Shown one piece after another: positions 1-13,149 of a stretch of 64,000 nt of DNA. The stretch is from Heterodontus francisci (taxonomy: Eukaryota): the NCBI RefSeq assembly GCF_036365525.1, contig NC_090376.1:78970737-79034736 (forward strand), given 5' to 3'. Under the pieces are notes generated by a model that had not been told where the DNA came from, searched no databases, and saw nothing but the letters and a program-made list of their open reading frames with translations. Position numbers and translations under genes: made by a program. Each line of letters starts with the position of its first letter. The first letter of the stretch is position 1.

Positions 1-3000
1 TGTGCTTGTTGCTTCTGGTGTTGTAGGAGTCATGCTCGCTGTTGCTAATGTTGTGTCACTTGCGAGTGACGTCGTTACTGTTGTCTCGCTGGATAGTGAT
101 GTTTCTGATGTTTACGGTTTTTCCAGCTCAGCTGTAGGTCGAATATGGATTTTGTTCTTCCGCATTTGGTTACCGGTTTCAGTCTCAACCTTGGAGTCTC
201 AGCTTCACCAACAACTTTTGCTCGGCTCCAGGTTTTCATGATTGGATCCTGTACATATACAGCTTGTCCTTTCAATAGCTCAGGTAGAGATTTAGCATGG
301 GTGTTGAAGTGTTACTCTCTTCTTACCTGTGCATCAGTGAGTTGTTGTCTCATTGCCTCCTGGTTACTTGAAGGATATATTTTGCTTGGCAGAGCAGTCT
401 TTTTTTTCCCATTCAACAGCTCTGCAGGTCAGCCTTGAGAGGTGTGGATCGGAGTGACAATAAGGCCAGATTTGGGTCTTCCTTCGTCCCTTGGCATTTC
501 ACAAGCGTTCTTTTGACCGTCTGGACGTGTCTTTCTATAAATTCATGTCTCCGTGGGTAGTGTGGTGATGAGGTGATGGTGTTGAATCCATACTGGTCAG
601 TGAATTCCTTAAATTCTCTGGGTGAATGTGAATTCAATGTGAATTGGGTGCCATTGTCACATATTAATCTTTCAGAAATTCCTTGCTCAGCAAAGAGAGC
701 TCGTACTGTTGAGATGAATGTTGTGGCTCTTTAGTCTTTCACCTTCAGATAAAAGGGAACTTTGAGTAGTAATCTGCAACTATGGAGATACCATTATTGA
801 TTGTGTGTGAATCAATCGGCTCCTACAGTATGCTGTGGTCTGGGTGATACTTCAAGTAGCTTTCATCCCTTTTTGTTGTTCATTTCTGTACTTCTGGCAT
901 ACATTGCATGTAGACACCATATTCTTGATGTCTTTGTACATGCGTATTTAGTACACGGCTGATCTGGCTCTAAGCTTACACTTCTCCAATCCCATGTGAC
1001 CTTCATGTATCTTTTGGATATGATAATTCTGGATCCGGCTAGCAGAATGCCATCTTCTAATGAGATGTCATCTCTGATAGACCAGTACTGCTGTATTGCC
1101 AGCTGTGTGCTGTATCCCATCATGCCATCCCTGGATCACTTGCTGAGACAGCATCTGTAACTCCTCATCTTAGTTGGTCTCATCTCTGACTAAGTTTCAG
1201 TGGTGTTACATTCACTAGGTGATGAATCTTTATAACTAGATCTTCTATCTCGTGTTTCTCCTGTGGTGACAGCCGAGATAGGTTATCTGCCAGCTCCATT
1301 TCTCTTCCTGGTTTGGATTTCAGAGTGCAATCGTAACTCTTAAGCCTCAAGGAGTAATCTCTGCAGTCTTGCTGGTGCTTTACATTAATTTTTCTTGTAG
1401 ATTTTCTCTAGTGGATGATGATCACGCTCCACTATGACCTTTCTCCCATAGAGATGTGTGGAACTTCTCACATCCATACACAACTGCCAAAAGCTCTCTC
1501 TGTTGGCATTTCTTGTCTCAGCTGATGTCAAAGCTTTGGATGCTTCCCTCTTGTACCAGGGTTGCTCCCAGTCCTTTTGTGGAAGCATCTATTTGCAGAG
1601 TGACAGGTTTCTTTCTGCTGTACAATGACAGACTTGTCTCCTTGCATATTTCCACTTTTGAGTTTACTGAAACTCCTCTCATGTGACTGTGACCACTAGC
1701 ACACAACATCTTCTCTCATCAGCTCTTGGAGGTTTGCTGTGTGCTCTGACACGTGAGGTATGAAAGAGCTCATATACTGGATCAAGCCAAGGAAACTTCT
1801 CAACTCTTATCTCTTGGGGCTTCCATCCCAGAGATGGCTGAGATTCTTTGAGAACTCGGCTTGACTCCGTCAGGTGCGTACACCATTCCGAAGAACTGGC
1901 ATTCTGTCACTTTCACAATGCATTTGTCTGCGTTTAGCTTAATCCCAGCTTTCCTGGTTCTTTCCGTGGCTTCACATAGATGGTTGTCATGATCTTTTCC
2001 ATCTACACCATATATCTGGATATCATCTGCTATGCCAACTGCACCTTTGCATCCCCTGTATGTCTGGTCTACTTTCTGCTGGAACACATCCCAGCTCAAT
2101 TTAAGGCCAAAAGGTAGATGCAGGAATTTATACCATCCAAAGGGAGTGCTGAATGTTGTCAACAGCTAAGATTCTGCATCTAGCTTCATATTCCAGTAGC
2201 CATTTCTGGCATCAAGTTTACTGAAAACTTTTTCCCCTGCCAGTTGGAGTGATCCCTTCCAGTGGTGGAATAGGGTAGTGATCCCTCTTTATTGCTTGGT
2301 TAAGATCTTTGGGATCTCGGCAAATTCTTAGCCGTCCATTTGGCTTCTCTCCCACGATGATAGAACTTACACAATCTGTAGGCTCTGTGACTCTGGCGAT
2401 CACCTTTTCTTCCATTCCTTGGAGCTCCCTTTCAAGCTTTCTTTTTAGTTGTATTGGTACTTTATATGGGGGATGAATCACTGGTTTCATTGCTTGGTCA
2501 ATAGTGAGCTGATACTCAAAATCTTCAAAGCATCCAATTATCGCATCAAAACACTCTGGGTCTATTTGTACCAGATCGTCTTTGCTTCTGATCAGAGAGT
2601 GCTTTTCAATGGGCGTACTGTCTTCAACCATCAGTGCCACTTCCTTCACCTCACGGTTTACTGAGATAATCTGCAGCTCTTTGCAACTGCTCGACCCCAG
2701 GATAGCAGGATCATCTGTGTTTCAATGACATAGAATATACAGTTAACATCCTTTCCTTTGTGTCCCTCTGATTTGGATTGTTCCTAGCTGTCGAATCTCA
2801 GTTCCCCCGTACGACGTTAGCATGATGTTCAATTTCAGAGCACCTTTCCTTGCATAATCATTTTCTACTAAATTTTCAGGACAGATCTTCTGGTATAGTC
2901 TGAGCAGGATGATGTTACTCTCTGCTCCAGTATCAATCTTCACTTTCAGAATTATCATTGTGGGCTTATTTCGCAACCTCTTCCTGATCTGAATGGTTGT

Positions 3001-3983
3001 GTGAATTTCATTTCTCTGGGAACTGTTGCATCCAGACATATTGTACAATTGTATGGTTCCTGTGTCTATTGTGTTCTCAAACCCATCGTCATCTTCCAGG
3101 GTATGGATGTTTTGGTTTCTTTCACTACTCATTCGCCCTGTTACTCTGGCGACTCATCTACCACCTTTTTCCCTTGTTCTGCACATCTTTTCCTAGTGAT
3201 TGGTCATTCCACAAGTTCTGCAGATTGATTCATATGTGGGACATTTCCTTCTGTCTGTGAATTTATTCGGTCGCCCACAGCTCCTGCAAGTTTTCCTCCC
3301 TGGTGTAGATTCTTTTGTTGTTGTTTCACGGCATCAACCCTGCTGCCTTTCTCTTGGTTTAGCTGAAAGCTAGCTGTTTGGATAGAGTGTCTTCATCTGT
3401 CTGCTCGTAGCTTCATGTGCTCTGGCAGTGTCCATAGCCTGCAATATTGTCAGCTTGTCCTTTCTGTACTTCAGGATGTGCAGAACCCCAAATTAGCTGA
3501 TCCATCAGCCTTTCACCTGTGTCTTTAAACTTACATTTTCCGGCTGCTTTTTTCAATCTTATTACACAATTGTCAATAGGCTCACCTAATTCCTGTCTGA
3601 AGCTTTGAAATTCATATTGGTATAGCCGATGATTTGATTTTGGCTGGAGAGGAGTGCTGAATCTTTCAAAAATGTTGTCTGGGTTCCTGCTGTCCTCTTC
3701 CTTTATCTCCTGCCCACGGAAGGATATAGCTGACTAGTGCCTTTTAGGAAACTACTGAATGTCAATGTTTAAACTTCTCAAATGTCTCTATGACAGCTTC
3801 CGATAAATAATGGGCTGTAGCTGTGCATTCATTCCGGTCCCAGTTGACATTTCATTTTTTTTTTTCATTTTTGCACGATTCATTCAGTTTTTCTTTCTCT
3901 GTGGTCCTAATTTGGGTCAATTTATTTCCAATCTGATTCAGCATTAAATTCATTCAAATATTTTGGATTTACTCACAGACACA

Positions 3984-3994
3984 CACTGCCACCA
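3984..3994 (-). promoter_or_regulatory. Primer-binding site TGGTGGCAGTG (tRNA-Leu-type)
   Basis: TGGTGGCAG directly 3' of the LTR, complementary to the ...CUGCCACCA 3' end of tRNA-Leu (AAG/TAG class). Confidence 0.6.
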
Positions 3995-4212
3995 TATTAT
4001 GTCTCCTGGTTGTTTTCTGGTTCCCATATGTTGGAAATAATCACACTTTAGACTTGGAAAGGCTGGAGTCTTTGTTTATTCCATTCAGCTTCCATGGTTC
4101 CTGGTAAAGGACTGCCCAAGACTGGTGTCCTGTTACACGTCACATGACTCCAGTGCAGCCATGAATGTGTCGCCACCCCCCTCCCCCTCCCCCATAACAC
4201 TTACACATAACA
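3995..4212 (-). repeat. 5' LTR of the Gypsy element (~218 bp)
   Basis: Minus strand starts TGTTATGT (4212) and ends ACATAATA (3995), with internal AATAAA (4080-4075). Immediately followed by the PBS. Confidence 0.75.
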
Positions 4213-5767
4213 ATTAGTTCCTAGCACTTTACAGATGGTAAAACAATATAGAACACTCATTTAAAATTTACAAGTGATTTAGCAAAATTGCAATTTGCAG
4301 AAGACAGTTCTAAACTTCTACCACTCCATGTGTGCAAGTGTTTCCTAAGTTCACTCCTCAAAGGTCTGGCTCTAAATTATGGAATATACCCCTTAGTTCT
4401 ATACTCCCAACTAGTGGAAATAGTTTCTCTCCATCTACCCTATCTGCTCCCCTTAATAACTTAAAAACCTCAATCAACTCACCCCTTATCCTTCTAAATT
4501 CCAGGGAATCCAACCCTAGTTTGACTAATCTCTGCTCATAATTTGTCCTTGGAGTTGAGATATTATTCAGGTCAAACAATGCTGCAAGGCCAATGTATCC
4601 TTCTGAAGGTGTGGTGCCCAGACTGCTGTCAGTACTCCAGGTGTGATCTAACCAGAGCTTTATATAGCTGAAGCACGACTTCTACCCGCTTGTATTATAA
4701 TTCTCTAGACATAAAAGCCTGCATTCCATTAGCCTTTTTATTTCCTGTACCTGGTCAAGGTATCTTAAATGATCTATGTACTTGCCCGCACGTCCCCCCT
4801 CCCCCACCCCAAAATCTCTGGATCTCCACTGATTCTAGCTTTTCACCATTTAGGAAGTATCCTGTCCTATTCTTTTTAGGTCCAAAGTGGATGATGTCAC
4901 ATTTGCCTACATTGAAATCCATTCACTTAATCTAACAGTATCTCTTTGTAATTTCATGCTTCCATCTATACTGCCTACAATGTAGCCTATCTTTGCCTCA
5001 TCAGCAAATTTAGATATGTTGCTTTCAATCTAAGTTACTAATAAATATGGCAGAGAGTTGAGGCCCCAACACAGATTTTATTTTGCTGGATACCACTAGT
5101 CACTGCCTGCCCATGATCCGTACTCTGTTTCTTGCTGCTCAGCCAATTTTCTAACCAGGTCAGTAATTTGCCTTCAATTCCATGGGCTTCGCTTATGCTA
5201 GCAGACTCGAGAGACTTTATCAAATGCCTCCTGTAACATCTATAGATATTCAGCTGTCTACTACTTAGTCGCTTCTTCAAAAAAGATTCAATCATGTTTG
5301 TCAGGCGCAATCTGCTTTTCACAAATCTATGCTGGTTCTCCCTGATCGTCTCAAATTTTCAGTTATTCAGTCACCCTACCCATAATTATAGGCTCTACTA
5401 ATTTCCAGACATTAGATGTTATAATAACTGGTCTATAATTCCTTGTTTCCTTCTCTCACTTTTAAGTAGCGGAGTGACATGCACAATTTTCCAATCTAAA
5501 GAAATGGTTCCCAAACAGGGAGAATTTTGGAAGATTAGAGTGAAGGCATCTGCAATGTTGTCACCTACTTCCTTTAAGATTCTTGGAACCATCTGGTCAT
5601 AGGGTTTTGTCATTTAGCAGTACTGTTATTTTCTCCACTGCTTACATTCATTTTGGTGAGTCCCTGTTCCTGATTTAATATTAGTTTCCGTGGGAATTCC
5701 GGCATGCTAACCTGTTCTATTGTAATACTGACATGAAGAACTTTAGTACGGCTGAAAATAGAAACAT

Positions 5768-5805
5768 GTTGTTGAAGCTTTTCGTCTTGCACTCATCAGG
5801 ACAAT
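5768..5805 (-). ncRNA. Minimal hammerhead ribozyme (type I) in PLE pLTR
   Basis: ttgtc-CTGATGA-gt gcaag ac-GAAA-agct-TC-aacaa: intact core, palindromic helix III (AAGCTT), UUC triplet, one helix I mismatch. Confidence 0.75.
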
Positions 5806-7290
5806 CCACAATAATACCAATGTAAGGGAAAACAACCATTTTCTGTGAGAGAAGAGTGTGCTGATTGGTAGAGGCGTTGTCATGGAGAATGCACCAATTT
5901 ACGGTGACTGACAGTTAACTGCCAAGCTTTGTTTGAAATTTCAACCAGGCAGCTTGACCCTACTTGGTCAAGTTATTGCCCCGAGGAACGAACCACCTTG
6001 TTTTGTTTAGCTGAAACAGGTGCAATGTTTGTACATGTTCTGTCTGCAAAGAACAGGGCCCTGTGTATTAATATATGTAACTTCCAGTATGCACAAATGC
6101 GCCATATGCAAGCCCTGCTGACCATTTTAAATTGGTTGACAGCGTAATTCTTAGCACACTGAAGATTATTTAGCAAATGTTATCCAATCGTGGAATCACA
6201 TCTAATGTTGGACACTGTATTTTAATTTTTGCAATCATGGGCTGGTTGGGTACGGCCTGTACCTTGCCCAATGCGAACAGCTGAAGGGACATGTTGTTTG
6301 ATACGATCTGCCAGTCTTTTGGGATGTACGGCCTATACACCTAGCATCACACTAGCATTGAAATTTATATATCCCATTATTCATTTGTGTGATATGCAGG
6401 TCATCTTTTTGGCTTGACGGCAGCATCCTGTTCATGGCGAACACCACACGTGTTGCTACTACATAGTAGCAGTGTGAAACAGAAAGCTTCATCTGTTGCT
6501 CAAGTTTTTGGGATACATTACTCTTCCAGGGTAATTTGAAGTAGGCTGGGCACTTTTCAGGGCTGAAAATGATAGTCTTAGGATCATTCATAAGTGCATG
6601 ATATACAGCAAGAAATGATTTGATCAGGGTAGCCATTGTTACACTGGATACCTTTGATTCGCCCTATTTGATAGCAGATTTCTCAACTAGTACGTCAAGG
6701 AAAGGCAGCTCATTTGACTGCTCCATTTCAAAAGTGAATTTGAACGCAGGATGGAGCCCATTAAGACATGAGAGAAATTATTGCATGTGACTGCGGATTC
6801 AAATATAGCAAACATATCATCTACTATCGGAACGATGCAAGAGGTAGGAGGTTGTTTGTCATTTCCTCAAAGACCCATTTCTCATGGAACCCAACAAAGA
6901 TGTTTGCGAGAGCTGGGCTTTGAGGGGATCCCATGACAACACCATCTATTTGGGCATACATGGTGTCATTGAAATTGAACTCAACTGAGCGAGTATTAAT
7001 ACACAAGGCCCTGTTTTTTTCAGACAGAAAGAACGTGTACAAACAATGCACCTGTTTCAGCTGAACAAAATAAGTGACAACCATTCACTGGTTCATTTCT
7101 CTGGACGATGCCTTAACCAGAGTCAAGCTGCCTGGTTTAAATTTCAAACAAAGCTTGGCAGTTAACGGTCAGTCACCGTAAACTAGTGCATTCTCCTTGG
7201 CAACAGCTCTACCAGAGTCCACTTGCCAACCAATCAGCACTCTTTTCTCATATAAAGTTGTTGTTTTCCCTTACATTGGTATTCTTGTGG

Positions 7291-7328
7291 GTTGTCCAGA
7301 TGTGTGCTTGACGAAAAGCTTCGACAAC
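7291..7328 (+). ncRNA. Mutated hammerhead motif in inverted pLTR
   Basis: gttgtc-CAGATGT-gtgcttgac-GAAA-agct-TC-gacaac: perfect 6-bp helix I but two core substitutions. Confidence 0.65.
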
Positions 7329-7619
7329 ATGTCTCTATTTTCAGCAATACTCAAATTCTCTACCACCAAATGACTATTTGACAAAAGGTAATTATTCAAC
7401 ATGCCCACCATTTACTTATTTTCATGGACAATAGCACCATTAGCTTTCACGCTGTCCAGATTACTTCTTACCACCCTGTTTTAATGTAATTGCAAACATT
7501 GTGTTGATTGATATCCTCTGCAAGTTTCTTTTCATATTCGCTTTCTTGAAGCTCTATGTTTTGTCACTTTGCTGCTCTGTGCCTTTCCCATTCTTTTACT
7601 TTATGTTGCCATTGACTTT

Positions 7620-9620
7620 GAGTCAGTCATAACAGCACCGAAGGATGCCATTTGGCCCATTACTTCCGTGCTGGTTCTCCAGAGAAATCCAGTCAGTCCC
7701 ATTCCCCCACTATCACCATAGCCCTACAAGTTTATTTCCTTCAGGTGCCCATCCAATTTCCTTTGGACATCATTGACCGCCTCCATTTCCAACACCCTGA
7801 TAGGGAGCAAGTTCCAGATCATTACCACTTGGTAAAGTTCTTCCTCACATTACCCCCTGCATCTCTTGCCCAAAAACCTTAAACCTGTGACCTCTAGTCC
7901 TCATACCATCAGCTAATGAGAGCAGCTTTTCTTCGTCTACCTTATTTAAAGTGGTTATTATTTTGTATACCTCTAATCAAATCTCCCCTCAATCTCCTTT
8001 GCTCCATGGAAAACAAGCCCAGCTTCTCCAACCTAACCTTGTAGTGTTATGACCAGGTGAGAAAGGTGTCTCGGGGTCTTTTGTTATCTTCATCTGGTCT
8101 TATTGTAACAGGGTTTCATTTTAAACACACTGTGTTTTGAGCTCCCCCTTTTGTGAATCCTTGTTCACAGCTTTCCAATTATAAGGCAAAGAAACCACCA
8201 CACCAGGTTGTGTCAGGTTTAAAAGGAGAAAAATGAAATTTATTAAAACTTAGACTCAAACTCTGATATGGTTGACGCCTACGGATATATGATGCACCCA
8301 CGTTAGCATGCATATGCAATGTACACATGCAAATAGGGAAAGAAGAGGAGAGGAAAATATAGTAGAGAGGGGTTTGAGGCAATATCAGAAGAGTTTCTTG
8401 TTTACTGTGCTTGGAGCTCACTTGATTGCAGGTGTTCATCAGGGCCCAATGTTCGTCTTAAACTTTGTTCACGTAGGAGACTTTTCTCTCTTTGGGGTTT
8501 ACAGGGTTTCACAAGATTCAATTATTCAATTCCGTGGGAAAGAGATAGAGGCAGGCAGGACTGGAGAGAAGGTTCTGTCCCAACTGGGAGAACATGGCTT
8601 TCTGAGTTCAAATCCTCTGTTGGAAATTCAAATTCAAAACTGCCCATCATCAGTCATGTGACCAAAACTGGTCTGACCACTTCTGTGTATTGGGGAAGCA
8701 GTGACAGGGTCCCCATTGTTTCAACACTGTGTTACTAGTCAAATATCTTTCCAGTCAGGGGTTGCAATTTTAAGTTTTAATGTTCATGTGCCGAAATAAT
8801 GTGTGCCTTAGTCTTGGCAGGTGGGGGGTGGGGGGGGGGGGGGGGGGGGGGAGGTGAGGTTTGCCTGACAGTAGCAAAAATCCCTCATCCCTGAAACCAT
8901 TCTGGTAAATCTCTTCTGTATCCATTCAAGGACTCTCATCATTCCTAAACTGTGCCAACCAAAACTGGATGCAATACACTTGTTGTAGCCTAACCAGAGC
9001 TTTACGAAAGGTTCAGCATAACTTGACTGCTTCTGTACACAGTGCCTCCATTTAACGAAGCCCAAGATCCCATAGACTTTGCTAACAAATCTCTCAATAT
9101 GTCCTGCCACCTTCCAAGATCTATGCATATGAACACCCTGGTCCCTCTGCCCCTGCACACTCTTTAAAACTATGCCATTAAGTCTATATTGCTTCTCCCT
9201 ATCCCTTCTACCAAAATACATCAGCTCACACTCGTCTAGATTAAATTCCATCTGTCACTTGTCTGCCCATTCTGTTAGCCAGTCTATATCCTACCACATC
9301 ATCTTCATTTGCCACACTGCCAAGTTTGGTACCAATGTCAAATTTTGAAATTTTACTCGATATAAAGTGACTCTGATATTGGAACACAATAAAAAAAAAA
9401 GGCAGTGGGCCTAGCACTGAACCTTGGGGCCCATGACTATACCATCCTCCAGTCTGAAAAATAACCATTAAGCACATCTCGCTGCTTTCCGCCCTTAAGC
9501 CAATTTTGTAACCAAGTTGACTCTGATTCCATGAGCCTCAATTTTATTAACCAGCCTTTTGTGGTACCTTGGTCAAATGCTTTCTTAAAATCCATATAGA
9601 CAACACCCACTGCATTCGCT
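7620..9620 (-). mobile_element. CR1 LINE 3' fragment, interrupted by a solo LTR
   Basis: [35 protein letters not shown] fragments; 3' tail at ~7620-7760. Confidence 0.82.
8045..8870 (-). mobile_element. Solo LTR (same family as 36564 and 37526 LTRs)
   Basis: TG...CA termini; minus-strand end TCACCTGGTCATAACA identical to the other copies; 4-bp TSD GTAG (8041-8044 / 8871-8874). Confidence 0.85.
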
Positions 9621-10426
9621 TAAATTTGCTGATGACACAAAGATAGGCAGGAAGAATGAAAAAGCTTATTATCTAAATGGTGAGAGATTGCAAAGCTCTG
9701 AGATGCAGAGAGATCTGGGTGCCCTCGTGCATGGATCACAAAAGGTTAGTTCGCAGGTAAAGCATATAATTAGGAAAGCTAAAAGAATGCTTTTGTTTAT
9801 TGATAGGGGAATTGAACACAAAAGTAGGGAGGTTATGCTTCACCTATACAGGGCATTGGTGAGACCACATCTGGAGTACAGTGTACAGTACTGGTCTCCT
9901 TATTTAAGGAAGGATGCAAATGCATTGGAGGCAGTACACAGAAGGTTTACTAGACTAATACCTGGAATAGGCAGACTGTCTTATGAGGAAAGATTGGACA
10001 GGCTAGGCTTGTATCCACTGGAATTTAGAAGAGTAAGAGATGGCTTGATTGAAACATACAAGATCCTGAGGGGTCTTGACAGGGTGGATATGGAAAGGTG
10101 GTTTCCTCTTGTGGGAGAATCTAGAACTAGGGGTCACTGTTTAAAAATAAGGGGTTGCCCATTTAAGACAGAGATAAGGAGAGTTTTTTTCTCTGAGGGT
10201 TGTGAGTCTTTGGAATTCTCTTCCTCAAAAAGGTGGTGGAAGCAGAGTCTTTGAACATTTTTAAAGCAGAGGTAGATAGATTCTTGATATGCAAGGGGGT
10301 GAAAGTTTATTGGGGGTAGGTGGAAATGTGGAGTAATCAGTTCAGCCATGAACTTATTGAATGGCGGAGCAGGCTTGAGGGGCCAAGTGGCCTACTCCTG
10401 CTCCTAATTCATATGTTCGTATGTTC
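9620..10426 (+). mobile_element. CR1 LINE 3' fragment
   Basis: KFADDTK remnant, [24 protein letters not shown]...; 3' hairpin and (ATGTTCGT)n tail. Confidence 0.9.
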
Positions 10427-11930
10427 ATCAACCTGTTATTTCATCAAAAAAAATTAGTCAAGCATGACCTGACTTTTACAAATCTGTGCTGGCTCTCCTT
10501 AGTTAACTCAAACTTCTACAAGTGCCTGTTAATTTTTTCCCTGATTATTGTTTCTAAAACATTAACCCACCACTGATGTTAAAGTGACCATCCTGTAGTT
10601 GCTAGGAATGCCCTTACATCCTTTCTTGAATAAGGGCGTTACATTTGCCACACACCAATCCTCTAGCACCTCCCCCATATCTAGGAAAGACTGGAAGATT
10701 ATGGCAGGCCCTTCTGCTATCTCCACCCCCACTTCCCTTGCCGACCGGAGATGCAAGCCATTCAGACCAGGCGACGTATCCATTCTAAGCATAGCCAGCC
10801 GTCCATGACATTTTTTTTGGCAAGTCGAACTCTTGCCCTATAGGGATATAAAGTAGTTCTACATCGTATTGAATTCTTCTCTGAACGCCTCCCATTGATG
10901 ATCTGTCATTTGTCTCATGGCATTGAAGTCAGCCTTACAAAAATCTAAAATCTTTGTAGCTGTTTCATGTTTCTCCCTTTGGGCTGGATTTTACCTTAGG
11001 CAGACGGGAATTCGCCACCAACCCGCTTCCGCCTAACCCGGGGATCCATCCCACATTTTACGGGTCCTTGGGCTTTAAATGTCCCGAGGCGGGACTTCCA
11101 CGCACTTAAGGGAGGAGGTCCCACCTCAGTGAGCTGCCGATCAATCAGCGGGCTGGCAACTTAGTCCCAGCAGTGCCACTGGGAGCTGTGGCCACAGCTG
11201 GGACTGCAACTCAGCCGACGCCATGGACCCAAGACTTCAGGTAAGTCGGGCTTGCCTTGCCAGGGGAATCTGTCATTCCCTGGTGAGGCTGGAGTAGGCG
11301 TTTGGGAGAGGAGGGCATCTTGGGTCCCAGGGGTGGGTTGGGAGGCATGTCGGCCCTCAAATGGGCACCCTGTGCCCGACTGTCATGGCCCCCCACCCCC
11401 TTCAAGCACACGGTAAGGCCAGCAGCTATCACTGGGCGGCACGCCCGCTTGCCACGGGTAAAATACCCAGGGAGGCGGGCGAGGGCCCTTAAGCGGCCAC
11501 TTAAAGGCCTTGATTGGCCTCGGGTGGGCGGCCGTTTCCCCCACCACCCGACTGCCATAAAGTTGACCAGAGGCAGGAGCGGGGCGGGTAGGCCTCCTAG
11601 AGCCTCCTGCTCAATTTTACACCGCCCCCACGCCACCATCCGACCCTCTGGGGCGGCGTAAAGTTCAGCCCCATGTCAAACTCGATATTATTAGATAAAT
11701 TTCAGATAGTTAGGCTGTTAACTAAATCTGGCTCATTACTCTTTACAGAATCGTAGCTGACATGTCCCCTTGTTGATGCTATGACATTGCAGAAAATGAC
11801 AGAAAATCATGACAGAAAATGATCCCAAACACATTCAAGAAATTCACTACCTTCCTGACACGTGCTAGTTTGCTTGCTGCAATCTATGCACGTGTTAAAA
11901 TCCATTAAACCCACTCGGCCTTTGCTAAAT
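10427..11930 (-). mobile_element. Old CR1 fragment, interrupted by a MITE
   Basis: SPGLNGLH...DWCVANVTPLFKKG...NYRMVTLTSVVG (10562-10792). Confidence 0.7.
10981..11671. mobile_element. GC-rich Harbinger-type MITE
   Basis: TIRs GGGCTGGATTTTAC ... GTAAAGTTCAGCCC, which match the terminus of the Harbinger at 51225 (AAGATTCAGCCC). Non-coding GC-rich interior. Confidence 0.75.
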
Positions 11931-12199
11931 GCTGTACAGCATTCCCTCAATACATGGTCAAAGTTCTAGAGGGGGCTTGAATTCACAACCTTCTGACTCA
12001 GAGGCCAAAGTATTATTACTGAGCTTATAGAAAATGAAACCTGAAGAAAATGTTGAAAAGACAGATGACAAACAACAACTGTGGAGTGAACAGTTAAACC
12101 TTCAGGCAAACAGCCCATCAGAACAGGGGGGAAAAAGTTAATAATCAGCCAGCACCCACTCCCTTGTGGTTGATGCAGTCCTTGACTGTGCAGGGTCTT

Positions 12200-13130
12200 T
12201 GAAAGAGCAGTCCAATTTAGTCCCACACCCCAGTTTGTATCCCACGTAAACCTGCAAATTAGTCCTCCTCAAGCACATGTCCATTTGCCTTTTGAAAGTT
12301 CCCATCTTATCTGATTCCACCACTCTTTCCTTAGTATGATCGTAAAAGAAATTTCATTTTCTCTACTTCTTTTGCTAATTATTTTAAACCATCACCTCTG
12401 GTAATAGACCCGCTTACAAGAAAAAGTGTTTCCCCCTACTTGCTCATCAAAACCCCTCAAATTTTGAATATCTCCATTAGGTTTCCCTTTAACCTTCTCT
12501 ATGCGAAGGAGAACAATCCAAGCTTCCCCAATCTCTCTATGCTACTGAAGTCCCTCATCCTGTCCCCTATCCAAGATCTAAACATCCTTCCGAAAGCGTA
12601 GTGCCGATTGTACACAAAACTCCATCTAAGATCCTACCGGAGATTTGTAAAGGTTTAGCATCTTATTTTTGTATTCAATGCCATTTAAAAAGCCAAGTAC
12701 TCTATGTTTTCTTAATCACCTTATCAACTTCCCCCATCCCCAGGTTCCCCTCTCTTGCATCCCCTCAAAATAACACCATTTAGAATATATTGCATCATAT
12801 TGCTTCTCCTAAAGTGCATCACTTCACACATCTGCATTACATAACACCTGCCCATTTCAGTCTATGTCTTCCTGAAGTCTACTACTATCCTGCTCACTAT
12901 TTACTCTGTTGCCAAGTTTTGCATCATCTGCAAATTTCAAAATTGTACTCCCTATACCCAAATTCAGGTCGTTTATACAGATATAAAAGCAATTTTTCCT
13001 CATACTTCAATCAGAAACACATCCTTTTATCACTATTCACTGCCTCCTAACCCTTAGCCAACTAAATAATCAAGTTATCACCATCCCTTTCATACCACAT
13101 GCTTCTATTTTCTGAATAAGTTCCATTTCC
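12200..13130 (-). mobile_element. Highly decayed CR1 3' fragment
   Basis: Recognisable CR1 3'-region nucleotide motifs (GTFKRQMD-like, aagtgcatcacttcacac). Confidence 0.55.
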
Positions 13131-13149
13131 CTTTTTCTGCTTCCACTGC

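Larger units (their letters stand above)
1..4212 (-). mobile_element. Gypsy (Mag-like) LTR retrotransposon, decayed, 3' end runs off window
   Basis: Minus strand, in order: gag with two zinc knuckles (CRSCG...KCP / CRTCGMTNH*EKMC, ~3180-3290), protease VKIDTGAESNII, RT (FLHLPFGL...GIADDIQIYG), RNase H (LQIDASTKGLGATL), integrase (TSSPHYP...IERHVQTVK). Many stops and frameshifts. Confidence 0.93.
5745..7375 (-). mobile_element. Penelope-like element (Poseidon type), 5'-truncated with inverted pseudo-LTR
   Basis: RT motifs YAQIDGVVMGSPQSPALANIFVGF and a DD remnant at ~6820. GIY-YIG start NGIYKFQC followed by a YIGRT-like segment. Arms 5751-6072 and 6993-7345 are inverted copies of each other. 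Confidence 0.88.
4225..7615 (-). mobile_element. Old CR1 LINE fragment (ORF2), interrupted by a PLE at ~5745-7375
   Basis: ORF fragments LEFRRIRGELIEVFKLLRG, HGIEGKLLTWLENWLS, PRILKEVG...DWKIVHVTPL; CR1 sequence resumes at ~7380. Confidence 0.8.

Noticed and set aside
8820-8851. Long poly-G runs (also 47625, 51083, 63623, 63709) as functional G-quadruplexes or poly-Pro ORFs
   Set aside because: Homopolymer expansions inside transposons; their length is unreliable in assemblies.
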